Counted from the stretch's first letter, positions 38,760 through 48,571 are shown. The stretch: DNA of 64,000 bases from an uncultured Planctomycetota bacterium (GCA_963784995.1 CAWATZ010000006.1:200853-264852), one strand, 5' to 3'. Notes: generated by a model not told the origin, from the sequence alone. A program made the numbers and translations.

Positions 38760-40052
38760 ATGCCCAGCACCTGTGTGGTTGGACTGCAGTGGGGCGATGA
38801 GGCCAAGGGCAAGATCGTTGACCTGTTGACGGAGCAGCACGACCTGGTGGTCCGCTACAACGGCGGGGCCAACGCCGGCCATACCGTCGTCGCCGGCGAG
38901 CAGACCTTTCGGCTGTCGCTGCTGCCGACGGGAGTGCTTCGTGGGCACATCACCTCGGTGATCGGCAACGGCGTCGTGGTCGATCCGTTCCGCTTCGAGC
39001 AGGAAATCGACGACATGCGCAAGGCCGGCGTGGCCATCAGCCCCGAGCGGCTTTTCGTCAGCAACCATGCCCACGTCATCTTCCCCTACCACAAGAAGGA
39101 AGAGGAGCTGCGCGAGCAGTCGGCCGGCCAGGCGCTGGGCACCACGATGCGCGGCATCGGCCCCTGCTACCAGGACAAGCTCGGCCGGAGCCACGCGGTC
39201 CGCGTCGGCGAATTGCTGGACGAGGGCCATCTGCGCTCGCGCTTGACCGAGATCGTCGCCTTCAAGAACCGGCTGCTGCGCGGCCTGAGCCCCAACCTGG
39301 AGCCGTTCTCCGCCGACCAGCTGCTCGACCAGTATCGGGCCAGCATCCAGACGCTGCGTCCCCACGTCACCGACACGGTGTCGCTGCTGCACAGGGCCCT
39401 CGGCCAGGGCAAGCGGCTGCTGTACGAGGCGGCGCAGGGCAGCCTCCTTGATGTGGACCACGGCACCTATCCCTTCGTGACCAGCTCCAACAGCTCCGTG
39501 GCCGGCGTCTGGAGCGGCTCGGGAGTGCCGGCTCGCCACTTGACCCGGATTGTCGGCGTCATCAAGGCGTACAGCACCCGCGTCGGCGCCGGCCCCTTCC
39601 CCACCGAGCTGAACGACGGCCCGCAGGGGATCGGCCAGCGACTGCGCACCACGGGACGCGAGTATGGCGTGGTGACGGGGCGACCCCGGCGCTGTGGGTG
39701 GTTTGACGCGGTGGCGGTGCGCTACTCGGCAGCCCTGAACGGGGCGGACGAGCTGGCCCTGATGCTGCTGGACGTGCTGAGCGAGGTGGACGAGGTCCTC
39801 ATCGCGACCGCCTACGACCTCGACGGCCAGCGGCTGGAGGAGTTCCCGGCCGATTCGCACTTGCTTCAGCGCTGCCGTCCCGTGTATGAGGCCCTTCCGG
39901 GCTGGCGCACGGACATTTCCGGCGCCCGCCGGCTGGAAGACCTGCCGGCCAACGCCCGGCGTTACCTGGATCGCCTGGCCGAGCTGCTGCGGCTGCCCAT
40001 CTCGATTGTCTCGGTCGGCCGGGATCGCTGTCAGACGCTGTTTACCCGGTAG
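38760..40052 (+). CDS. purA: Adenylosuccinate synthetase
   Basis: QWGDEAKGKIVD P-loop, GGANAGHTVV, full-length conservation. Confidence 0.95.
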   Translation: MPSTCVVGLQWGDEAKGKIVDLLTEQHDLVVRYNGGANAGHTVVAGEQTFRLSLLPTGVLRGHITSVIGNGVVVDPFRFEQEIDDMRKAGVAISPERLFVSNHAHVIFPYHKKEEELREQSAGQALGTTMRGIGPCYQDKLGRSHAVRVGELLDEGHLRSRLTEIVAFKNRLLRGLSPNLEPFSADQLLDQYRASIQTLRPHVTDTVSLLHRALGQGKRLLYEAAQGSLLDVDHGTYPFVTSSNSSVAGVWSGSGVPARHLTRIVGVIKAYSTRVGAGPFPTELNDGPQGIGQRLRTTGREYGVVTGRPRRCGWFDAVAVRYSAALNGADELALMLLDVLSEVDEVLIATAYDLDGQRLEEFPADSHLLQRCRPVYEALPGWRTDISGARRLEDLPANARRYLDRLAELLRLPISIVSVGRDRCQTLFTR

Positions 40053-40131
40053 CCGCAAGCTTTAGCTTGCGTGAGGCTTGCTGTAATGTAGCGCAGGCTA
40101 AAGCCTGCGGCTACTGTCGGAGGAGCCGCGA

Positions 40132-40899
40132 TTGCCTGCGACGTCTCTGCGAACTCCGGAAACCTTGCAACGGCTGGCCGAGGCGGGCCTCGATCCGGCC
40201 CGCTTGCCTGACCACGTGGCTATCATCATGGACGGCAACGGCCGCTGGGCCCAGCAGCGCGGCCTGCCGCGGATCGAGGGCCATGCGCGCGGCGTCCAGA
40301 GTGTGCGCTCCACCGTCGAGGAGTGCTGCCAGCTGGGGATCGGCCAGTTGACACTCTATTGCCTCAGCAGCGAGAACTGGAAACGGCCCCAGACCGAACT
40401 CGATTTCCTGATGGCGCTGCTGGAGCAGTACCTGATCCAGGAACGCGAAGAGATCATCCGCGAGAACATTCGCTTCAGCGTGATCGGCCGGCGTTCGGGG
40501 CTGTCCGACCAGGTGCTGCAGGAGATCGACACCAACGTCCGCCTCAGCCAGGACAACACGGGCACGGGCCTGTGCCTGGCGATCAACTACGGCGGCCGAA
40601 CCGAACTGATTGATGCGGTGCGGGGGCTGTGCGCCCAGGTCAAGGCAGGCCAGCTGGAGCCGGAGCAGATTGACGAGGCGGTGGTCAGCAACGCCCTGTA
40701 CACGTCGGGGATGCCCGATCCGGACCTGCTGATCCGGACCGCGGGTGAGATGCGCGTGAGCAACTTCCTTCTGTGGCAAATCTCCTATGCCGAGTTGTGG
40801 GTGACCGATCGTTGCTGGCCCGATTTCGACCGGACCGCGCTGCACGAGGCGCTGCGCGCCTACGCCGGCAGGGAACGCCGCTATGGCGGTCTGGGCTAA
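40132..40899 (+). CDS. uppS: Isoprenyl transferase (undecaprenyl diphosphate synthase)
   Basis: HVAIIMDGNGRWA and RTAGEMRVSNFLLWQ motifs. Confidence 0.9.
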   Translation: MPATSLRTPETLQRLAEAGLDPARLPDHVAIIMDGNGRWAQQRGLPRIEGHARGVQSVRSTVEECCQLGIGQLTLYCLSSENWKRPQTELDFLMALLEQYLIQEREEIIRENIRFSVIGRRSGLSDQVLQEIDTNVRLSQDNTGTGLCLAINYGGRTELIDAVRGLCAQVKAGQLEPEQIDEAVVSNALYTSGMPDPDLLIRTAGEMRVSNFLLWQISYAELWVTDRCWPDFDRTALHEALRAYAGRERRYGGLG

Positions 40900-40911
40900 A
40901 GGAGCGCCGCA

Positions 40912-41796
40912 TTGCTGCGCACACGGCTCTGGGTGGGTATCGGCCTCATCCTGCTTGCCGGGACCTTACTGGTCCTGGATCAGCCGACAGCGCCGTTTTT
41001 TCCGTTCCTGCTGCTCCTGGCCGGCGCGCTGTCTGTCCTGGCCACCTGGGAATTGACGCACCTCCTGGCCGGGCCCTCGCAACCGCGCGCCTGGTTTTGC
41101 CTGGCGGCGGTGTTACTGGTCTTGCTGGCCAACTGGCCGGCTCACGTCTGGCCTGCTCTGAAAGACTGGTGGAAATGGGAATCGCCCAGCTCCGATCCCT
41201 GGCACTGGATTTTCGGCGTCTTCACCGCGGTGGTGCTGGCCGCGTTCCTGGTCGAGATCGCTTACTTCCGCACACCGGGCGGGATCGTGGAGCGGATCGC
41301 CCTGACCGTCTGGATCGTGGCCTACCTGGGACTGCTGCCCAGCTTTCTGTTTCAGCTGCGCTGGCTGCCGGAGCGCGGCAAAACCAGCGGCTGGCCCCAG
41401 GGGTTGCTGGCCGTGGCCCTGGGGATTTTCATTCCCAAGGTCTGCGACATCGGCGCCTACTTCACCGGCCGGCTGCTGGGCCGGCACAAGATGACGCCGC
41501 TGCTCAGTCCCAACAAGACCTGGGAAGGCCTGGCAGGAGGGCTGGGAGCGGCGGTCCTGGCCGCGGTGGGCATCAACCACTGGATGCCCGTGATTGCCGG
41601 CGGCGACCTGGGAGCGGTCGGCTTTGGCGTGACGGTCGGCCTGGCCGGTGTGCTGGGCGACCTGGCCGAGTCGCTGATCAAGCGCGACTGCCGGCAAAAG
41701 GACGCCTCCCAGGTCGTGCCCGGCTTTGGCGGCGTCCTGGACGTGATCGATGCGATTGTGTTCGCCGCTCCGGTGGTCTGGTGCTGGTTGCGGTGA
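40912..41796 (+). CDS. cdsA: Phosphatidate cytidylyltransferase
   Basis: KTWEG and C-terminal CTP_transf_1 signature. TTG start. Confidence 0.85.
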   Translation: MLRTRLWVGIGLILLAGTLLVLDQPTAPFFPFLLLLAGALSVLATWELTHLLAGPSQPRAWFCLAAVLLVLLANWPAHVWPALKDWWKWESPSSDPWHWIFGVFTAVVLAAFLVEIAYFRTPGGIVERIALTVWIVAYLGLLPSFLFQLRWLPERGKTSGWPQGLLAVALGIFIPKVCDIGAYFTGRLLGRHKMTPLLSPNKTWEGLAGGLGAAVLAAVGINHWMPVIAGGDLGAVGFGVTVGLAGVLGDLAESLIKRDCRQKDASQVVPGFGGVLDVIDAIVFAAPVVWCWLR

Positions 41797-41834
41797 ACGC
41801 GAAAGGCAGGGAGTGTGTCCAGATTGGATAACCC

Positions 41835-41919
41835 CCAGGCGAGCGGCGCGGCGTCAGCCCGCCGGTATCGGTGCCAGCGTCGGATACACCGGCGGGCTGA
41901 CGCCGCGCCGCTCGCCTGG
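41835..41919. repeat. Perfect 32-bp-stem palindrome (21-nt loop) between cdsA and the PhoH-like gene
   Basis: Arm 41835-41866 ccaggcgagcggcgcggcgtcagcccgccggt is the exact reverse complement of arm 41888-41919. Confidence 0.8.
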
Positions 41920-41943
41920 CAGCACCCTCAGTGAGTTCAAGAA

Positions 41944-42912
41944 ATGAGCGATACTACCATTACCCTCGACAGTCGCGAAGAAGCGGTCTTGCTTTTTGGC
42001 AGCCGGGATCAGTATCTGCGGGAAATCCGCAACGTGCTTGGCGTGCAGCTTGTTGGGCGGGGCGATCAGATCCTGGCCAAGGGCAGCGACGAGCAACTGG
42101 CCCTGGTCGAGCGTGTGTTCGGGCAGTTGCGGACCATGCTGCGGCAGCAGGGCCAGCTGTCCCAGGAGGACGTGCGGACCGTGCTGGAGGTCGTCAACCA
42201 GGGCGGCGAACGGCTCGGTCCCAGCGGCGACGTTCAGCCCAGCGAATTCAGCAGCAAGTACGTCCGTCCCCGGACCGACGGCCAGGCCCGCTACGTCCGG
42301 GCCATGCGTGAGCATGACCTGACCCTGTGCGTCGGCCCCGCCGGCAGCGGCAAGAGCTACCTGGCCGTGGGCATGGCCGTCAGCATGCTGCGCCAGAGCC
42401 AGATCAAGAAGATCGTGCTGGTTCGCCCGGCCGTCGAGGCCGGCGAGCGCCTCGGGTATCTGCCCGGCGACCTGGTGGCCAAGATCAACCCGTATCTCCG
42501 GCCGCTGTTCGATGCGCTCAACGAGATGATGGAGCCCGAACAGGTCAAGCGCTACATGGAGAACGACATCATCGAGATTGTCCCCCTGGCGTACATGCGT
42601 GGCCGGACGCTGTCGTCGGCGGTGATCATTCTGGACGAGGGCCAGAACACGACGGTGGCGCAGATGAAGATGTTCCTGACGCGGATGGGCACCGGCTCGA
42701 AGATCATCGTGACAGGCGACGTGACGCAGGTGGACCTGCCCCGGCAGATGCGGAGCGGGTTGATTGATGCGGTCGCGCGTCTGCGCAACGTGGAGCGCAT
42801 TGCCATCGTTCACCTGGACGAGAACGACATCGTTCGTCATCCGTTGGTGCAGCAGATCCTCCGGGCCTACGACGAGCCGAAGAAGTCCAAGGCTCATGGG
42901 CGCGGAGACTGA
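41944..42912 (+). CDS. PhoH-like ATPase
   Basis: GPAGSGKSYLAV Walker A and PhoH family conservation. Confidence 0.85.
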   Translation: MSDTTITLDSREEAVLLFGSRDQYLREIRNVLGVQLVGRGDQILAKGSDEQLALVERVFGQLRTMLRQQGQLSQEDVRTVLEVVNQGGERLGPSGDVQPSEFSSKYVRPRTDGQARYVRAMREHDLTLCVGPAGSGKSYLAVGMAVSMLRQSQIKKIVLVRPAVEAGERLGYLPGDLVAKINPYLRPLFDALNEMMEPEQVKRYMENDIIEIVPLAYMRGRTLSSAVIILDEGQNTTVAQMKMFLTRMGTGSKIIVTGDVTQVDLPRQMRSGLIDAVARLRNVERIAIVHLDENDIVRHPLVQQILRAYDEPKKSKAHGRGD

Positions 42913-43040
42913 TCCGAAACGTAGGGCGGGCTGTCGCAGCGAGGCCCGTCGGCAGAGTTCCGCGCCCGGTGGGCCAAGCGCTCGGCCACCTACCGCCCCG
43001 GAACGTCGGGAGTCGCTGCCGGAAAGCAAAGGAACTGCTA

Positions 43041-44827
43041 TGTTCGGCTGGAAGAAGTCGTCGCGGCTGATTCAGTGGGATGGCCGGCGTCGCTCTTCGC
43101 GCAGTGAGGAGCCGGTGTTGCCGCGGCTGTGGCTGCGCGGCAACCTGGTGCGTCTCGGCGCCGTGCTGCTGACCGTGCTGTCGGCCACCTGCATGGCCTG
43201 CTTCTGCTGGCCGACACCGGGGTTCCGGGTCGGGCAGATGTTCCGGTATGAGTTGCGTTCCCGGGTCTATTTCGAGGTGGTCAACCAGGCCCTGACCCAG
43301 CGGCACCGCGACGAGGCGGTGGAACGGCTGCCGAACGAGCTGCGTTCCGATGCGGTCGCCTGCGAAGCGGCCAAGGCGGCGGAGCCGCCCGTCGTCGATC
43401 GCTACCCGGCCGGCTCCCTGCTGGTGCCGCGCAACCACCCGATCAGCGAATCGCAGCTGGCCCTGCTGCATCAGGAGAACGCCGCTTTCCTGGCCAGCCG
43501 CAGCCTGGCCGATTCCGTGTACCGCACCGCCGCGCTGTTTCTGGTGCTGAGCTTGCTCTCCCTGCTGGTCGTTCTCTACGTCGTTCGCTTCCAGCCCAGC
43601 CTGGCCCAGAGTCTTACCAAGGTGGTCGGCATCTGCTGTCTGACGCTGCTCACCCTGGCCCTGGCGTTCCTGTGCAATCCCTCGCCCTATCACGCCATCC
43701 TGGTGCCGCTGACGGTGACGGCCCTGATCCTGACCATCGCCTACAATCCACAGTTTGCCCTGGTGATGTCGCTGGCCCTGACCCTGGCGGGGGTGGTCGC
43801 CACGTCTGCCCGGATGACCGACCTGCTGGTGGCGCTGGGCGGACAGGCCACCGCCATCCTGGTGCTGCGCAGCGTTCGGACGCGGACCCGGCTGGTCGAG
43901 ATCGGTGCCGTGGCGGGGGTCGCCTACGCCGCCATGACCGTGGCCACCGGTCTGCACTCGGGCCAGCCCTGGCTGCTGATCACGATGGACAGTCTGCGTG
44001 GCCTGGCCTGGGGAGTGCTGTCGGGCTTCCTGGTGAGCGGCATGCTGCCCGCGGTGGAGCGCTGCTTTGGCGTGGTCACCGACGTGAGCCTGATCGAGCT
44101 GGGCGACGGCTCGCATCCGCTCTTGCAGGAGCTGGTCCGCCGGGCCCCGGGCACGTACACGCACAGCATGACCGTGGCCACCCTGGCCGAGCCCGCCGCC
44201 GAGGCGATCGGCGCCAACCCGCTGCTGGCCCGGGTCGGCAGCTATTTCCACGACATCGGCAAGATGCTCAAGCCGCAGTACTTCATCGAGAACCAGACCG
44301 GCCAGAACCGCCACGACAACCTGGAGCCGGCCCTGAGTACGCTGATCATCATCGGCCACGTCAAGGACGGCGTCGCCCTGGCCGAGCAGTATCGTCTGCC
44401 GCGCTCGATCATCGCCTTTATCCAGCAGCACCACGGCACCACGCTGGTGGAGTATTTCTACCGGGAGGCGTTACGGCTCCAGGAAGTGCAAGGCCACGCC
44501 CCCGCCGTGGCCGACGGCCAGCCCAACCCGCTGGAGACGTCGTTCCGCTACCCCGGCCCCAAGCCGCAGACGCGCGAGAGCGGCATCGTCCTGCTGGCCG
44601 ACGCCGTGGAGTCGTCGAGCCGGGCCCTGGCGTCGCCGACGCCGGGCAGCCTGCGCAAGCTGGTGCATGACCTGCTGATGAAGCGGCTGCTGGACGGCCA
44701 GTTCGAGGAGAGCGGCCTGACGCTGACGGAGCTGCACGTCATCGAGGAGTCGCTGGCCAAGGGGCTGATCGCGCTGTACCATTCGCGGATCAAGTACCCC
44801 GAGGCCAGTGCCCGCAAGGCGTCGTGA
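43041..44827 (+). CDS. 7TM-receptor with intracellular HD hydrolase (HDIG domain protein, YqfF-like)
   Basis: N-terminal extracellular region, 7 TM helices, C-terminal HD domain with YFHDIGK. Conserved position after phoH. Confidence 0.8.
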
Positions 44828-44924
44828 GGTCCGGGGTCGTTTGTTCAGCGCCCGTCGAAATGCGATCTGCCGCACAACAGCAGAACGGTGGTTGCCCGGC
44901 GGCTCCTGCACTTCACGTGTATCC

Positions 44925-45105
44925 GCAAATAAAACACTCCTGGCACGCCATGCAGCGAAATGCGGCCAGCCTTGCCCGAATACCCTGGCAGATGGCAGGC
45001 AGACAGAAAAATGACCCTCAAAGACGCCCGTCCGACAGCCAGAGGCACGCTCTGGCCTGTCCGCCACTTCAAAAGAATTGGCAGGCAGGGCAGGCAGAGA
45101 AGTGG
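44925..45105 (-). repeat. Conserved noncoding element, copy 2 (inverted relative to copy 1 at 10872-11050)
   Basis: Reverse complement aligns with 10872-11050, with a 50-nt core at about 80% identity (catttttctgtctgcctgccatctgccagggtattcgggcaaggctggcc). Contains ggcaggcag repeats. Confidence 0.45.
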
Positions 45106-45290
45106 AGACCTGTCGCGCCTCTGCTCCTTCCGGAACGGTGAAAGACACGCGAAATCGGTTCCCCTTTCCCTTCCGGAACGGTAGAATCCTGTCAGCATCG
45201 TCTGGCCCCGGAGTGCTCACGGGCTGGCGTCCGACCAGAGCAGTCGGCCCGGACTCCGTGAAGGAACCGGGCGCGAGGGGGAGCAAGGGC

Positions 45291-46184
45291 ATGCAGTGGC
45301 ACCCGATCCTGGCTCAGCTGTTGCGGCCCCTGGTGCAGGACTACTACGAGGTCCAGACCGATTTGCCGGTTGGCGATCTGCCGCGCCAGGCCGACGTTGT
45401 CCTGCTGCGACGCCGGGCGGCCGATCCTCCCTTTGTGGGCATCTGGCGGCATCTGCGCGTCTGGAACGTGCTGGAGTTCAAGGGGCCCAGCGACGACCCG
45501 GCCTTGCGCGATCTGGATCTGCTGCTGGAGCTGGGGCTGGGCATCGATCGGCGGCTGAACGAGCAGCGGCAGGAGCAGAAAGAGCCGTTGCTGAAACGTG
45601 TCGAGGTCGCCTGGTGGTTTCTCGCCAACCACCTGGGACGGCGGTTTCGGGCCGAGGTGGAAGCGGTGGTGGGATCACCCTTGCAGCAACTGGGCGAGGG
45701 GCTTTGGTCCTGTCCAGCGCTGGGGCGGGTGCTGTACCTGATTAGTCGGGACGCCTTGCCGGTGGAGCGGGAGAGCGTGCCGCTGCATCTGGTGACCGAG
45801 GAACCGTTGGAGCGGGTGGAGGCCCTGGCCCGCGTGCTGGTGCAGCAACCGGGCTTCTGGGATCTGTACGGGGGCTGGCTCGCCCAACTCAACCCCGAAA
45901 TCTGGGAGGAGCTTCAAACCATGATCCGCAAGATGGGTGCCGAGCCCAATCTCGATCTGCGCTGGCTGATCGATCAGGTCGGGCTCAAGCAAGTCATCGA
46001 CCAGGTTGGGCTCAAACAGGTCATTGACCAGGTGGGGTTCAAGCAGATCATCGACTTGGTGGGGTGGCAAGAGGTGTTCCAGACAGTTCCCCTTGGAGAA
46101 GTCATCGCCGCCATGGGAATGGACTGGTTTGTATCTCAGCTAAGCCCGGAACAACTCCAGGAGCTGAAAAGCCGCTTGCCTTGA
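45291..46184 (+). CDS. PD-(D/E)XK nuclease-family protein (Rpn/YhgA-like 'transposase_31') with C-terminal DUF4351-like region and tandem 9-aa repeats
   Basis: D...E.K motif (QADVVLL...NVLEFKGPSDD). C-terminal IDQVGLKQV x4 encoded by 27-bp tandem repeats at about 45955-46062. ...SPEQLQELKSRL tail. Confidence 0.5.
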   Translation: MQWHPILAQLLRPLVQDYYEVQTDLPVGDLPRQADVVLLRRRAADPPFVGIWRHLRVWNVLEFKGPSDDPALRDLDLLLELGLGIDRRLNEQRQEQKEPLLKRVEVAWWFLANHLGRRFRAEVEAVVGSPLQQLGEGLWSCPALGRVLYLISRDALPVERESVPLHLVTEEPLERVEALARVLVQQPGFWDLYGGWLAQLNPEIWEELQTMIRKMGAEPNLDLRWLIDQVGLKQVIDQVGLKQVIDQVGFKQIIDLVGWQEVFQTVPLGEVIAAMGMDWFVSQLSPEQLQELKSRLP

Positions 46185-46596
46185 GGCCGCTCCCAGCCTC
46201 AGTGGACCAAGCCGCCTCCAGCATTCCCGGAAAAAATCCCGCAGCAACCATTGCCCTGCACGCCTCGCCCCTCTATCATATCTTCCTGACAATCTGGTGA
46301 GTATCTTATCCAGAGTGGCTGAGGGTACAGGCCCTGCGATGCCACAGCAACCGGCTTCCCCCAGGAAGTGCTGGTGCTACCTCCTGCCCGGGACTCCCGG
46401 GAGAGATAAGATCGTGTGCCTCACACGCCTCTTCTTCTCGATCAGACCCGCGCGATCGACCCCGATCACCGCGGTCTTCCTTCCTGGATGATACACACCT
46501 CCACAACAATGACCGCCAGGACCAGCGCGAGTGCCTCGGCCTGGCCGTGAATTGCTTAAGGGAGGGTCCTTCGTGTCGTCTTCTTTTGTCCGCGGA

Positions 46597-47826
46597 ATGA
46601 AGTGCCGGCTGTGCGGCAAGCTGTATCCGGTCGGTCCGATCCAGTTCTGCGAGGAGGATTTCGGCCCCCTCGAGGTCGATTACGATTACACCGCCATCGC
46701 CGAGGCCGTCAGCCGGGAAAAGATCGCCCATCGGCCCTGGAACATGTGGCGCTACGAGGAGCTGCTGCCCCTGGACCGGGAGCCGACCGTTGGCACGCAG
46801 GTCGGGGGCACGCCGTTGCTCAAGGCGGATCGGCTGGCCGCCGCCCTGGGCGTCGAGAAGCTCTGGCTCAAGAACGACGCCGTCAACTTCCCCACGCTGT
46901 CGTTCAAGGACCGCGTCGTGGCCGTAGCCCTGAGCAAGGCCAAGGAAATGGGCTTCACCACCGTCGGCTGCGCCTCCACCGGCAACCTGGCCAACAGCGT
47001 CGCCGCCAACGCCGCCGCGGCGGGTCTGAGCAGTTACATCTTCGTGCCGGCCGATCTGGAGCGCTCCAAGATCCTCAATACCAGCGTCTACGGAGCCCAT
47101 CTGATCGGCGTCCGCGGCACCTATGACGAGGTCAACCGGCTCTGCACCCAGGTGGCCTTCAAGTTCGGCTGGGCGTTCGTCAACATCAACCTCCGGCCGT
47201 TCTACGCCGAGGGGTCCAAGTCGATGGGCTTCGAGATCGCCGAGCAGCTGGGCTGGCGCACCCCACAGCACGTCGTCTGCCCGATGGCCGGCGGCAGCCT
47301 GATCGGCAAGATCCACAAGGCGTTTCACGAGCTGCACAAGGTCGGCCTGCTGGAGCAGGAGCCCCGCTGCAAGATGTACGGGGCTCAGGCTAGCGGGTGT
47401 AGTCCGATCAGCACGGCGGTCAAGAACGGCTGGGACTCCCATCGCCCGGTGCGCAAGCCCTGCACCATCGCCAAGTCGCTGGCCATCGGCGACCCGGCCG
47501 ACGGCTACTTCGCTGCCCGGGTCATCCGCGAGACCGGCGGCTGGTCCGAGGACGTCTCCGATCAGGAGATCGCCCAGGCGATGGTCCTGCTCGGCCAAAC
47601 CGAGGGCGTCTTCGCCGAGACGGCCGGCGGCGTCACCGTGGCCGTGGCCCGCAAGCTGATCGAGCAGGGGCGGATTCCGCGCGACGAGGAGATCGTCCTG
47701 TGCATCACCGGCAACGGCCTCAAGACGCAGGACGCCGTGGTGGACTACCTGGAAAAGCCCGCGGTCATCGGGCCGACCCTGGAGGAGTTCGAGCCGCTGG
47801 TGGCCGGGGAAGCGGTGTTGGTGTAA
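46597..47826 (+). CDS. thrC: Threonine synthase (variant with an N-terminal Zn-ribbon)
   Basis: CRLCGK...C zinc ribbon, PLP-lysine motif (PTLSFKDRVVAV) and ThrC conservation. The start could be GTG 46573. Confidence 0.8.
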   Translation: MKCRLCGKLYPVGPIQFCEEDFGPLEVDYDYTAIAEAVSREKIAHRPWNMWRYEELLPLDREPTVGTQVGGTPLLKADRLAAALGVEKLWLKNDAVNFPTLSFKDRVVAVALSKAKEMGFTTVGCASTGNLANSVAANAAAAGLSSYIFVPADLERSKILNTSVYGAHLIGVRGTYDEVNRLCTQVAFKFGWAFVNINLRPFYAEGSKSMGFEIAEQLGWRTPQHVVCPMAGGSLIGKIHKAFHELHKVGLLEQEPRCKMYGAQASGCSPISTAVKNGWDSHRPVRKPCTIAKSLAIGDPADGYFAARVIRETGGWSEDVSDQEIAQAMVLLGQTEGVFAETAGGVTVAVARKLIEQGRIPRDEEIVLCITGNGLKTQDAVVDYLEKPAVIGPTLEEFEPLVAGEAVLV

Positions 47827-47839
47827 ACTGCGTTCGTCC

Positions 47840-47915
47840 GAGCCGCGCACGCAGCGCAGCGGAGTAAGCGGCCCGCAGGAAGACCGCTTACTCCGCTGCG
47901 CTGCGTGCGCGGCTC
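47840..47915. repeat. Family-A palindromic element, copy 2: perfect 32-bp stem, 12-nt loop, between thrC and the MoaD-like gene
   Basis: gagccgcgcacgcagcgcagcggagtaagcgg cccgcaggaaga ccgcttactccgctgcgctgcgtgcgcggctc. Confidence 0.85.
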
Positions 47916-47946
47916 AGAAAGAAAATCGTCCTTCGGAGGATAAGAT

Positions 47947-48219
47947 ATGTCCGTGAAGGTTCAGATTCCCACCCCGATGCGGCAGCACACCGAGGGCAAG
48001 ACCACCGTCGAGGCCCAGGGCAGCACGGTCCAGGCGGTGCTCGCCGACCTGGGAGCGAAGTATCCCGCCCTCACCGGCCGGCTGTTCGACAACGGCCAGC
48101 TGCGCCGGTTCATCAACCTGTTCCTCAACAACGAGGACATCCGTTACCTGTCCAACCTGGAAACGCCCGTCAAGGACGGCGACGAGCTGGCCATCATTCC
48201 CGCGGTCGCTGGAGGTTGA
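47947..48219 (+). CDS. MoaD/ThiS-family sulfur-carrier protein ending in Gly-Gly
   Basis: 90 aa, beta-grasp-like, C-terminal ...IIPAVAGG-stop. Confidence 0.7.
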   Translation: MSVKVQIPTPMRQHTEGKTTVEAQGSTVQAVLADLGAKYPALTGRLFDNGQLRRFINLFLNNEDIRYLSNLETPVKDGDELAIIPAVAGG

Positions 48220-48220
48220 C

Positions 48221-48571
48221 ATGGCGGACGAGGACGACGCCGGCCTGCCGGCGCCGGATGCCCAGGTGCCGGAAGGGGCGGCGGTCTTTCCCGAGATCCC
48301 CGAGGAGCTGGGCGTCGATCCCCTGTTCCTGGCCATGCTGCATGCCACCGTCTTCCTGGCCGGCTCGACCGAGGAGGTCGTCAACGGCGAGGCCGCCGAC
48401 GAGGCGGTGCAGGCGATGGCCGGGTATCTGCGGCGGCTGACGGGGAAGGAGCTGGCCCGGGTGCGCGAGGACCTGGAGTGTCTGGTGGGTTACGCCCGGC
48501 AATGCGAGTGGCCACGGGAGATGGTGCGCTTCCTCAAGAGCTTCCTGGCCGACTACGGCATCAGCCGTTAG
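48221..48571 (+). CDS. Hypothetical acidic protein (not JAMM-like)
   Basis: ORF begins 1 nt after the MoaD-like stop. No HxH or other metalloprotease motif. Confidence 0.4.
   Translation: MADEDDAGLPAPDAQVPEGAAVFPEIPEELGVDPLFLAMLHATVFLAGSTEEVVNGEAADEAVQAMAGYLRRLTGKELARVREDLECLVGYARQCEWPREMVRFLKSFLADYGISR

Noticed and set aside
42704-44434. 576-aa minus-strand ORF opposite the 7TM-HD gene
   Set aside because: Shadow ORF. The plus strand has the TM helices and the HDIG motif.
44828-45290. Expected ybeY (endoribonuclease) downstream of phoH/7TM-HD
   Set aside because: No ORF with the H..H.....H metal-binding motif is present. The region is noncoding and holds the conserved element.
45955-46062. 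Regular 27-bp tandem repeats that could be mistaken for a CRISPR-like array
   Set aside because: They lie inside a CDS and encode IDQVGLKQV repeats in frame. Spacers are absent (the units are contiguous) and there is no leader or cas gene.
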